From: Macrostomum lignano
Lineage: Eukaryota
Length of the DNA: 64,000 bases
NCBI GenBank assembly: GCA_002269645.1
Contig: NIVC01001279.1
Location: 62,001-126,000 of the forward strand
Direction of reading: 5' to 3'
Numbering within the stretch: position 1 is the stretch's first letter; the number at the start of each line of letters is the position of its first letter. Of this stretch, positions 1-11,500 are shown piece after piece. Under the pieces are notes generated by a model. It saw only the letters and a program-made list of their open reading frames with translations, did no database searches and was not told where the DNA came from. A program made the position numbers and the translations under genes.

Positions 1-13
1 TCCAAGGTTCACA

Positions 14-2079
14 ATGCCTTCGATATTTCAGGACGCAGCTGGGACGCCTCGAGTGGCGGCTAATCCACTGGCTGAAAATGTGGATGTGCTGCAGAATCAG
101 CAGCGTAAAGCTCCAGATGGCCAGCAGCAGGTGTTTAAAAAGCCTGATAAACGACCGAAATCTCGTCCTAGCAGCTCTCTGATGAGCTCAGTTTGCCGCC
201 TGAACTGGGGCTCTTTGCGGCACAGCATTGCCGGTGGCAAGAAGGCCTCCAGCTCGTCCGCTGACGCTCCTGCCAGCGCTGTGTCGACTTCGCGGCTCAG
301 CCGAAAGAAGCAGCTAGTTAGCAGTGGATCGCTTTCTATGGCTCTGAGAAAGGTTGGTTTTGATAACTTTCACCCAGATCCTAGATTTCAGCCTCCCAGA
401 TCCCCAGATTAGGTTACCAGCCTCCCAGATCCCCAGATTAGGCTACCAGCCTCCCAGATCCCCAGATTAGGCTACCAGCCTCCCAGATCCCCAGATTAGG
501 CTACCAGCCTCCCAGATCCCCAGATTAGGTTACCAGCCTCCCAGATCCCCAGATTAGGCTACCAGCCTCCCAGATCCCCAGATTAGGCTACCAGCCTCCC
601 AGATCCCCAGATTAGGCTACCAGCCTCCCATATCCCCAGATTAGGCTAGCAGCCTCCCAGATCCCCAGATTAGGCTACCAGCCTCCCAGATCCCCAGATT
701 AGGCTACCAGCCTCCCAGATCCCCAGATTAGGCTACCAGCCTCCCATATCCCCAGATTAAGCTACTGTACCAGCCTTCCAGATCCTCAGATTAAGTTACC
801 AGCCTCCAGATCCCCAGATTAAGCTACCAGCCTCCCATATCCCCAGATTAGGCTAGCAGCCTCCCAGATCCCCAGATTAGGCTAGCAGCCTCCCAGATCC
901 CCAGATTAGGCTACCAGCCTCCTAGGTCCCCAGATTAAGCCACCAGCCTCCAGATCCCCAGATTAAGCTACGGTACCAGCCTCCCAGATCCTCCCAGATT
1001 AAGCTCAGGCCAGTCCAGCAGCCACCAATCACTTGCTCACCCTCAGGGCAGCGACATGGACTGCAGCTCCAGCAGCTTGGCCTCTCTTGCCGTAGTTGGC
1101 GAGTCGAATTCAACGGTGCGCAATCCAGACGACCCGTATGACATGGACGACTACGAGGACGGCCACAAGGACTGCGAGCAGTATGATTCGGCCTCGATTT
1201 CTGCTGTCTCGGCTGCTGGTAGAGGATCGCGCCTCGGCAACATGTCGGTAGCCAGGGCCTCTACTGCTACTTTGGCTAATGTTGAACAGGTTAGATTGTG
1301 TGCTCTTTCTTCTGTGTATCGCATGGCTCTGCCTTTGTCTTGGGGTCATTGACCCCTCATTGTGTTCTGGGCTCTTTGATGGTAAACGACGAGGTCATTG
1401 ACCCCTTTATTGTGTCCTGGTCTCTCTGATTGGTAATAGGGAGGTCATTGACCCCTTTATTGTGTCCTGGTCTCTCTGATTGGTAATAGGGAGGTCATTG
1501 ACCCCTTTATTGTGTCCTGGTCTCTGATTGGTAATAGGGAGGTCATTGACCCCTTTATTGTGTTCTGGTCTCTCTGATTAGTAATAGGGAGGTCATTGAC
1601 CCCTGTATTGTGTCCTGGTCTCTGATTGGTAATAGGGAGGTCATTGACCCCTTTATTGTGTCCTGGTCTCTCTGATTAGTAATAGCGAGGTCATTGACCC
1701 CTTTATTGTGTCCTGGTCTCTCTGATTAGTAATAGCGAGGTCATTGACCCCTTTATTGTGTCCTGGTCTCTCTGACTGGTATTAGGGTGGGGGTCATCTG
1801 CCCCCACAGCGTCTGAATTCGAATGCAATTGTATAATTAAACAAGAAGTAATTTCATATTAAACAGCTTCGGTGCGACTCCATCGCTCACTTGGGCTCCG
1901 CAGCCGCCGTCGCGGTCAGCTGTTCCTCATCTGGCAGCGTCGCCTCTGTCGCAGCCGCCGCCGCCTCAGCCTCTAGCCGGTTCAGCATCGGCGGCAGCGG
2001 CCACAGCAGCAGCGGATCTACTTCGTCGTCTGCTAAACGTTTTCGCAAGCACTTCAGCTCGTGGAGCCTGTTTAAGTGA
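14..2079 (+). CDS. Orphan Ser/Ala-rich low-complexity protein, 3 exons: 14-352, 1047-1289, 1867-2079 (may begin upstream of the window)
   Basis: Donors AAG|GTTGGT (352) and CAG|GTTAGA (1289), acceptors CCCTCAG|GGC (1046) and AAACAG|CTT (1866). All junctions are phase 0 and join three track ORFs into one frame ending SWSLFK*. No recognised domain. The frame is open to the window edge. Confidence 0.65.
385..1000. repeat. 29-bp minisatellite CAGCCTCCCAGATCCCCAGATTAGGCTAC (intron of orphan gene)
   Basis: About 20 tandem near-identical units read directly. Confidence 0.95.
1340..1800. repeat. 48-50-bp minisatellite containing AGGTCATTGACCC
   Basis: About 9 units within the second intron of the orphan gene. 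Confidence 0.95.
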
Positions 2080-2759
2080 ATTAATTATCAGACAGTGAGA
2101 AAGTTTTGGCTAATTTAGCCGCAAATTTCTTACATTTTTACTGTAAGTAGCATGATTGGTGCATTGCTTTAATTTTATTATTTGTATATGCATTTCGTTG
2201 GGTTGGCAATAGGTCGATATACAACCCAAAATTAGCTGGTAGCTATTTTTCCTTTTTAATAATTTTCTTAAATAGCGATTGTTTTTCAACTCCAATCAGT
2301 GTATTGTGTTTAAATTTGCTAATAAATTGCATTTAGCATCTCGGCGCTAGCTTCCTTCTATCATATTAGCATCTACTAGTTTGTATTTATAAAAAGACGT
2401 CAGTCTGTGTCCGTCACGCTGGCAAGAAACTTCTTTTTTTCAATATTTTTTCTTGTTTTATTGACTATTTATGTGTAATTAGTTATTAATTATTGCTTTT
2501 TCAACAGTCGCCCCAATATTTAAATTCCACTGCAGGTGCATCTATTATTAGTCATTTCTCTGCAAATAAAATCCGTGCAATTATGTGAAGAAAAACATTT
2601 CAGTTTCCGCATTTCTGTGTTTCGATTGTTTTTATGTGCACTCCTTCTAACAGTCTGCATATTGTTAGTAGTACCATGCGAACATGACGCTACAGATCAT
2701 TTTAATGGCTACATTCTCCATTGAGTAGCTATACGATGGACATTTACGAGTCTGATATG

Positions 2760-3520
2760 TTTAAGAGTGACTTTTATAGCAAAGAGAGTCTTCGAGAGTG
2801 ACATTTTCCATGGAGATAAGTGTTGCGGGAGTGACATTTTTCACTGAGAGAACTTTCGCGATAGACATTTTCCACGAAGAGAAGTCGTGTGAGAGTGACA
2901 TTTTCCACAGAGAAGTCTACTGAGAGTGACATTTTCCACAGATAAGTCTTGTGAGAGTGACATTTTCTACGAGAGAAGTTTTACGAGAGTGACATTTTCC
3001 ACGGAGAGAAGTCTACTTAGAGTGACATTTTCCTCAAAGAGAAGTCTACTGAGAGTGACATTTTCCACAGATAAGTCTTGTGAGAGTGACATTTTCTACG
3101 AGAGAAGTTTTACGAGAGTGACATTTTCCACGGAGAGAAGTCTACTTAGAGTGACATTTTCCTCAAAGAGAAGTCTACTGAGAGTGACATTTTCCATAGA
3201 TAAGTCTTGTGAGAGTCACATTTTCCACAAAGAGAAGTCTACTGAGAGTGACATTTTCCACAGAGAAGTCTACTGAGAGTTACATTTTCCACAGAGAAGT
3301 CTACTGAGAGTGACATTTTCCATAGATAAGTCTTGTGAGAGTCACATTTTCCACAAAGAGAAGTCTACTGAGAGTTACATTTTCCACAGATAAGTCTTGT
3401 GAGAGTGACATTTTCTACGAGAGAAGTTTTACGAGAGTGACATTTTCCACGGAGAGAAGTCTACTTAGAGTGACATTTTCCTCAAAGAGAAGTCTACTGA
3501 GAGTTACATTTTCCTCCAAA
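2760..3520. repeat. About 30-bp minisatellite GAGAGTGACATTTTCCACAGAGAAGTCTACT with higher-order blocks
   Basis: Tandem units; explains ORFs 2926-3276 and 3335-3523. Confidence 0.95.
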
Positions 3521-4214
3521 TGAAGGTTTGTTCTGCAAGGATATTGTTCAGGATGGTATTTTTTGAGAAGAAATTCCCGAGTTGGTCATCTCACTTTGTT
3601 GAAGTGAAATCTTCAATGAGAGAATCTTGAGGCGTTAAATAAAGAGCTCCTCTTTCTTAGAAAGTTGTTGCGATCCGGTATAGCAAAGGTTGCATATGCA
3701 TCGATCGAGATGAGCTCTTATTTGAGTCCATCAAGTGAACAGGTTTAGCAACAAAGTGGGAGGAGCCTACAAAGAAGCGAAAGCAACAAAGCGAAAGAGA
3801 CATACTTCACAAGAAATTCTTTACCTGCCAATTAAGAAGGACCCGCTTTAGAATTGACACCTGTGACCAATAGCTATGCACTGTGGATTGATTGATTTTG
3901 ATGAGTTGGTGAAACTCAAAAGGCGGACGGAAGAAAGAACTTCAAACGGTTGTTTGGAGTCAAATTTCTGCCTTTGCCTTTTTCTTATGCACTGTTTCAA
4001 GATTCAATTCTTCGTTTGCAACGTGTCACTAATAGCTTCAATTCTACATTTTATGCAGTCAAGAATGTATTTTCGACTGATTCTACAGACTGAATTAAGT
4101 AGATAAATACACGTGTGGTACTACTAGAGACATTACCCATCTGAGATTAACCTCTGCGAATTCACGCGGACCTCGTGAAGCTTCGAGGGTTGCTCGAGTT
4201 TTCTGACCCCTGAT

Positions 4215-5265
4215 CTAGAGATGTAAACGCCCTATCTAGAGATCCTGTCGCAACATTTAGAGATCCGCATGTACACGAGTAACTGCACTATCTATGGATC
4301 CAAGCGCTCCATCTAGAGATTCTTAGATCCTATTTATAGATCTAAAAACTCCCCATCTAGAGATCCTTACGCCCCATTTGTAGGTCTAAACTCCCATCTA
4401 GAGATCTAAACGCCCCATTTAGATATCTAATCGCCCCATCTAGGGATATAAACTCCCCATCTAGAGATCCTTACGCCCCATTTGTAGGTCTAAACTCCCA
4501 TCTAGAGATCTAAACGCCCCATTTAGATATCTAATCGCCCCATCTAGGGATATAAACTCCCCCATCTAGAGATTCTTAGATCCCATCTATAGATCTTAAC
4601 TCCCCATCTAGAGATCCTTACGCTGTAGATCTAAACTCCCATCTAGAGATATTAACGCCCCATCTGTAGATCTAAACTTCCATCTAGAGATCTAAACGCC
4701 CCATTTAGATATCTAATCGCCCCATCTAGGGATATAAACTCCCCCATCTAGAGATTCTTAGATCCCATCTATAGATCTTAACTCCCCATCTAGAGATCCT
4801 TACGCTGTAGATCTAAACTTCCATCTAGAGATCTAAACGCCCCATTTAGATATCTAATCGCCCCATCTAGGGATATAAACTCCCCCATCTAGAGATTCTT
4901 AGATCCCATCTATAGATCTTAACTCCCCATCTAGAGATCCTTACGCTGTAGATCTAAACTCCCATCTAGAGATATTAACGCCCCATCTGTAGATCTAAAC
5001 TTCCATCTAGAGATCTAAACGCCCCATTTAGATATCTAATCGCCCCATCTAGGGATATAAACTCCTCATCTAGAGATTCTTAGATCCCATCTATAGATCT
5101 TAACTCCCCATCTATAGATCCTTACGCTGTAGATCTAAACTTCCATCTAGAGATATTAACGCCCCATCTAGAAATCTAACCACCCCATCTAGGGATATAA
5201 ACTGCCCCATCTAAACGCCCCATTTAGAATTCTAAACGCCCCATCTAGAAATCTAAACGCCCCCA
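4215..5265. repeat. About 20-22-bp degenerate CCCCATCTAGAGAT minisatellite with higher-order repeats
   Basis: Tandem units read directly. Confidence 0.9.
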
Positions 5266-5595
5266 GATCTTGGTTCTTGCAGTCGGGAGATTCTTAAATG
5301 AGGTCGACTTGAGGTCGACACATGTATCCTGCTAGCTATAGTTGCATGTACATCGGTGGGCTGTTTTTTATACATTAGGAAACAAGCTTCAGCATTAATG
5401 AAATCCGAAATTGTCATCACCCAACACCCATTGGTGTGTGAGCCATCCGCTACACAAAACTCCGGGCCAATCAGAAGCTGTGCCAGCCATCTTCAAGCCT
5501 CATTGGTCAGATGACGAAAGACTGTTAATACGATAAAAAGGCTTTGCAGAATTGAGTTTTAAATTCTAAACTTATAAGCTCTGTAGTTTGTAATA

Positions 5596-8500
5596 ATGTC
5601 TTCGTTTAATCCTTTCGAATTATCATTTTTTCATTCGCTAGGCCAGCAAACCAGTTACAGTACAGCCTCGTCAGGCGTTGCTGAAGGAACCTTCAATTGG
5701 CCTATGATGAAGCTGCCGCAGTTTCTTCAAGGCCAGCCGGCGACGGGAGCGAATTATGAGCACGCGAGAGTTGACCTAATAGAGAAGGAGCTTTGGCAAC
5801 AGTTTCACGCCCTAGGAACTGAAATGGTGATTACTAAGAGTGGCAGGTGAGGTTCTGGATGCATGGCTATCATTGGGAAGCTTGCAGATTGTGTTCAAGT
5901 AAAGTCGATGTTGTATTTTCGGGAGTGGAGCTTCAAGAAATAAGTTAAATTTAGGTGTCATTTCTAGCGCCACTTCTGTAGCGCGAAATGTATAGCGCCA
6001 CTTTTATAGCGCCATCTCTATAGCGCCACTTTTATAGCGCCATCTCTATAGCGCCACTTTTATAGCGCCATCTCTATAGCGCCACTTTTATAGCGCCATC
6101 TCTATAGCGCCACTTTTATAGCGCCATCTCTATAGCGCCACTTTTTAGCGCTGTCTCTATAGCGACATCTCTATAGCCCCAACTCTGTAGCGCCATCTCT
6201 AATAGCGCCACTTTTTAGCGCTATCTCTATAGCGCCACTTTTTAGCGCTATCTCTATAGCGCCACCTCTATAGCCCCAACTCTGTAGCGCCATCTCTATA
6301 GCGCCATGTCTATAGCGCCACTTCTTAAGCCCCACTTCTTTAGTGCTATCTCTATAGCGACATCTCTATAGCGCCACTTCTTTAGCGCTATCTCTATAGC
6401 GACATCTCTATAGCGCCACTTCTTTAGCGCTATCTCTATAGCGACATCTCTATAGCGCCACTTCTTTAGCGCTATCTCTATAGCGACATCTCTATAACGC
6501 CACTTCTTTAGCGCTATCTCTATAGCGACATCTCTATAGCGCCACCTTCTATTACGCCACTTCTGTAGCGCTATCTCTATAGCGACATCTCTATAGCGCC
6601 ACCTTCTATTACGCCACTTCTGTAGCGCCATCTCTATAGCGCCACTTCTTTAGCGCTATCTCTATAGCGAAATTTCTATAGCGCCATCTCTATAGCGCCA
6701 CTTCTTTAGCGCTATCTCTATAGCGAAATTTCTATAGCGCCACTTCTATTACGCCACTTCTGTAGCGCCATCTCTATAGCGCCACTTCTTGCCCCAATAA
6801 AATGCCCTGTGCATGTAAGCTGCGTAATGTACTGTGCGCGAATAGTTTCTCAATTAACTAACAAGTGAAAATTTTGTCCATTTGTTTAGTTTCTATGCCC
6901 GTTGTTAGCCAGTTGACTTCTCCATAATGTAAATAGTACGGGACATCGCTGCGATTGTATGGACAATTAATTATTAGACAGCTAATGCATTTGAGTAAGC
7001 AAGCAGTTTTGGCGACACAATGTCTGCGTTTGTTTGCGCAACTCTGCTTTTTTGTGCTCAAGTAGAGCGTTTTAGTATATATGACATGGTGTTTTGTGAG
7101 TTATCGCTTGCATCTCTGCACACTGACTCTACTCTGTGCAAAAATTTTCTAGGTCGAAATTTCTGTTAAATTTAGCTAGACAGATGAGCCTTGATGACTT
7201 GAAAACAGAGGCAGGGATAGGAAGGGTAGAGAGTGAGGGTGGAGATAGAGAGAGAAGATGAAGAGGGAGAGAAGATAGAGAGAGAGAGAGGAGATAGGGA
7301 TAGAGAGGGGAGAGGAGATAGAGAGGGAGAGAGGATAGAGAGGGGAGAGGAGATATAGATAGAGAGGGAGAGAGGATAGAGAGGGGAGAGGAGATATAGA
7401 TAGAGAGGGAGAGAAGATAGAGAGGGAGAGAGGATAGAGAGGGGAGAGGAGTTATAGATAGAGAGGGAGAGAGGATAGAGAGGGGAGAGGAGACATAGAT
7501 AGAGAGGGAGAGAGGATAGAGAGGGGAGAGGAGATATAGATAGAGAGGGAGAGAGGATAGAGAGGGGAGAGGAGATATAGATAGAGAGGGAGAGAGGATA
7601 GAGAGGGAGAGGAGATATAGATAGAGAGGGAGAGAAGATAGAGAGGGAGAGAGGATAGAGAGGGGAGAGGAGTTATAGATAGAGAGGGAGAGAGGATAGA
7701 GAGGGGAGAGGAGACATAGATAGAGAGGGAGAGAGGATAGAGAGGGGAGAGGAGATATAGATAGAGAGGGAGAGAGGATAGAGAGGGGAGAGGAGATATA
7801 GATAGAGAGGGAGAGAAGATAGAGAGGGAGAGAGGATAGAGAGGGGAGAGGAGATAGAGATAGAGAGGGGAGAGGAGATAGAGAGGGAGAGAGGATAGAG
7901 AGGGAGAGAGGAGATAGAGATAGAGAGAGGAGATAGAGATAGAGAGGGAGAGAGGATAGAGAGGGAGAGAGTATAGATGTTGATAGAGAGAGGTGATAGA
8001 GGGAAAGAGGAGATGGTGAGGGAGAGGAGGAGAGCCATCAAAAGCAAGTATAATTTTGAGTCAAGAATCAGGTTTTGCACTAGGAGTCAGAAGTTCCGGA
8101 AACTTCTGCACGTGCATGCCATGCGCACATAACTGTGTGTCAATCCGTCATAAAATCTAATTTATTGAGTCCATGTAATTACGCTCGTAGAAATCAATTA
8201 CCTTTGCCTCCAAGACCAAGTAAAGCAATCAGCACAATGTAAACAATGCTCTTTTGTAGGCGATTTTTCCTGAAAAGAAACTGTGTTTCTTTTGCTATTA
8301 TTATCGTTTCTGCAGTCAATTCTATCTTAGCCAATTCAGCAGGCTGCTTTTAAGACACATCACATTTTTTCTTTTTGTGTGAATTAGCGTCAAAAGCCCA
8401 GATTTGAATTGGCGCCAAAAACCCTGATTTGAATTGGCGCCGAAACCCAGTTTAAATTGGTGCTAAAAAACTCTTCCCTAGAACTTGGGGTTCAAATTAA

Positions 8501-11500
8501 ATTCAAACTATAACATTCGTGATACTGATATCTATTTAAATTTTTCTTTGGTTGTTTCGTTCGTTTTTTGTTACCGGCGTTCAATTTAAACCGACACATT
8601 AAAACATATTTTAGTAATAACATTAAATTGTAACACAAATTCGTTAAAAAACTACTCAAAATTAACCCTTTCGTTGCAGACGAATGTTTCCACCGTTTAA
8701 AGTGAAGATATCCGGTTTGGATAGAACAGCCAAATACGCAATGCTGATGGATATTGTGCCTGTTGATGACTGCAGGTGAGTTTTTCTATACTTTTATGGA
8801 TAGCCTTTGACCAGATATTTTTGGGTCGTTATCAACATGCTTTTTGTGTCCGTGGTAGTCAGTTTTATGATTAGTTTTTGGTGTGCGACGGATAATTTTG
8901 TACATGTAGTTTTGTGTCTGTCTGTGACAGGTAGTTTTGTGTCTGTGACAGGTAGTTTTGTGTGTGTGACAGGTAGTTTTGTGTGTGTGACAGGTAGTTT
9001 TGTGTCTTCGGTAGGTAGTTTTGTGTCTTAGGGCGGATGCTGCAGTGTCAGGAGAGACAAACGATTCACATTTCTCCAATCGCAGGTACAAATTCCACAA
9101 CTGCAGCTGGGTAATAGCTGGCAAGGCCGACCCGGAAATGCCCAAAAGGATTTATATCCACCCGGACAGCCCCTGCACAGGGGAGCAGTGGATGCAAAAG
9201 ATTGTCAGCTTTCACAAGCTTAAGCTGACCAACAACGTGTCAGATAGGCACGGATTTGTAAGTTGCTTTTGATTTAACTTTCCCGCCACAGTTTCAAGGT
9301 CGTTTTTTAAAAGGAGATTTTTACAAAATGGTTTCAGTTTCCTTTTAAAGTTAAACTTTTCAACTGCGATTCCAAGGTCATCTTCAAACGAAAACTTTCC
9401 ATCAAATAGTCTGCAAGGTTATCATTCATCTTCATTAATCTTCATCAATTATCTTATTCATCTTTAAACGAAAACTTTCCATCAAGACTTCAAGGTCATT
9501 TCTAAAATAAAAATTTCCATCATGCCTTTCAAGGTCATATCCAAACGAAAACGTTCAAGACTTCAAGACTTCAAGGTCATCTTCAAGGAAAGATACAAAT
9601 TTCAAGGTCATCTTCGACCGAAAACTTTCGATTAAGACTTCAAGGTCATTTCCAAGTTAAAAATCTCCACTTAGACTTTTAAAACCATTTCCAAACGGAA
9701 ACCTCTTATGGCTTCCAACCACCCTTCCGCCAACAGACCATCTTGAACTCCATGCACAAGTATCAGCCCAGATTTCATCTGATTTGCTCCAGCGAACTTC
9801 ATCGCTTGCCATTTGCGCCCTATCGATCGTTCGCCTTCGCCGAGACGCAATTCGTGGCCGTGACTGCCTATCAGAATGAGCGAATCACGCAGCTCAAAAT
9901 CGATCACAATCCGTTTGCTAAAGGCTTCCGGGAGAGCGGCGGCGGTGGGAGGAGCTCAAAGAAAATGTTTGTTGAGCTTTGACTGATTTCATTTGACTCT
10001 GGGGTGTCAGTTGGTTGTCCAGTGATGTGTCAGCTGGTTGTCCAGTGATGTGTCAGCTGGTTGTCCAGTGATGTGTCAGCTGGTTGTCCAGTGATGTGTC
10101 AGCTGGTTGTCCAGTGATGTGTCAGCTGGTTGTCCAGTGATGTGTCAGCTGGTTGTCCAGTGATGTGTCAGCTGGTTGTCCAGTGATGTGTCAGCTGGTT
10201 GTCCAGTGATGTGTCAGCTGGTTGTCCAGTGATGTGTCAGCTGGTTGTCCAGTGATGTGTCAGCTGGTTGTCCAGTGATGTGTCAGCTGGTTGTCCAGTG
10301 ATGTGTCAGCTGGTTGTCCAGTGATGTGTCAGCTGGTTGTCCAGTGATGTGTCAGCTGGTTGTCCAGTGATGTGTCAGCTGGTTGTCCAGTGATGTGTCA
10401 GCTGGTTGTCCAGTGATGTGTCAGCTGGTTGTCCAGTGATGTGTCAGCTGGTTGTCCAGTGATGTGTCAGCTGGTTGTCCAGTGATGTGTCAGCTGGTTG
10501 TCCAGTGATGTGTCAGCTGGTTGTCCAGTGATGTGTCAGCTGGTTGTCCAGTGATGTGTCAGCTGGTTGTCCAGTGATGTGTCAGCTGGTTGTCCAGTGA
10601 TGTGTCAGCTGGTTGTCCAGTGATGTGTCAGCTGGTTGTCCAGTAATGTGTCAGCTGGTTGTCCAGTGATGTGTCAGCTGGTTGTCCAGTGATGTGTCAG
10701 CTGGTTGTCCAGTAATGTGTCAGCTGGTTGTCCAGTGATGTGTCAGCTGGTTGTCCAGTGATGTGTCAGCTGTTTGACTGAAGTGTCAGGTTAGACTGTA
10801 GCGTTTCAGAGTAGACTATAGGGTGTCAGAGTAGATTGTAGGGTGTCAGTATAGACTGTAGGGTGTCAGGATAGACTGTAGGGTGTCAGGATAGACTGTA
10901 GGGTGTCAGGGTAGACTGTAGGTTGTCAGGGTAGACTATAGGGTGTCAGGGTAGACTGTAGGTTGTCAGGGTAGACTGTAGGGTGGCAGTATAGACTGTA
11001 GGTTGTCAGGGTAGACTGCAGGGTGTCAGGATAGACTTTAGGGTGTCAGGGTAGACTGTAGGGTGTCAGGATAGACTGTAGGGTGTCAGGATAGACTGTA
11101 GGGTGTCAGGGTAGACTGTAGGGTGTCAGGGTAGACTATAGGGTGTCAGGGTAGACTGTAGGGTGTCAGTATAGACTGTAGGGTGTCAGGATAGACTGTA
11201 GGGTGTCAGGGTAGACTATAGGATGTCAGGGTAGACTGTAGGTTGTCAGGGTAGACTGTAGGGTGGCAGTATAGACTGTAGGTTGTCAGGGTAGACTGTA
11301 GGGTGTCAGGATAGACTTTAGGGTGTCAGGGTAGACTGTAGAGTGTCAGGATAGACTGTAGGGTGTCAGGATAGACTGTAGGGTGTCAGGGTAGACTGTA
11401 GGGTGTCAGGGTAGACTGTAGGGTGGCAGTATAGACTGTAGGTTGTCAGGATTGACTGTAGGGTGTCAGGATAGACTTTAGGGTGTCAGGGTAGACTGTA

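Noticed and set aside
8400-8465. Three TTTGAATTGGCGCC-like copies with an E2F-like core in Tbx intron 1
   Set aside because: Too few copies to distinguish from an incipient minisatellite.
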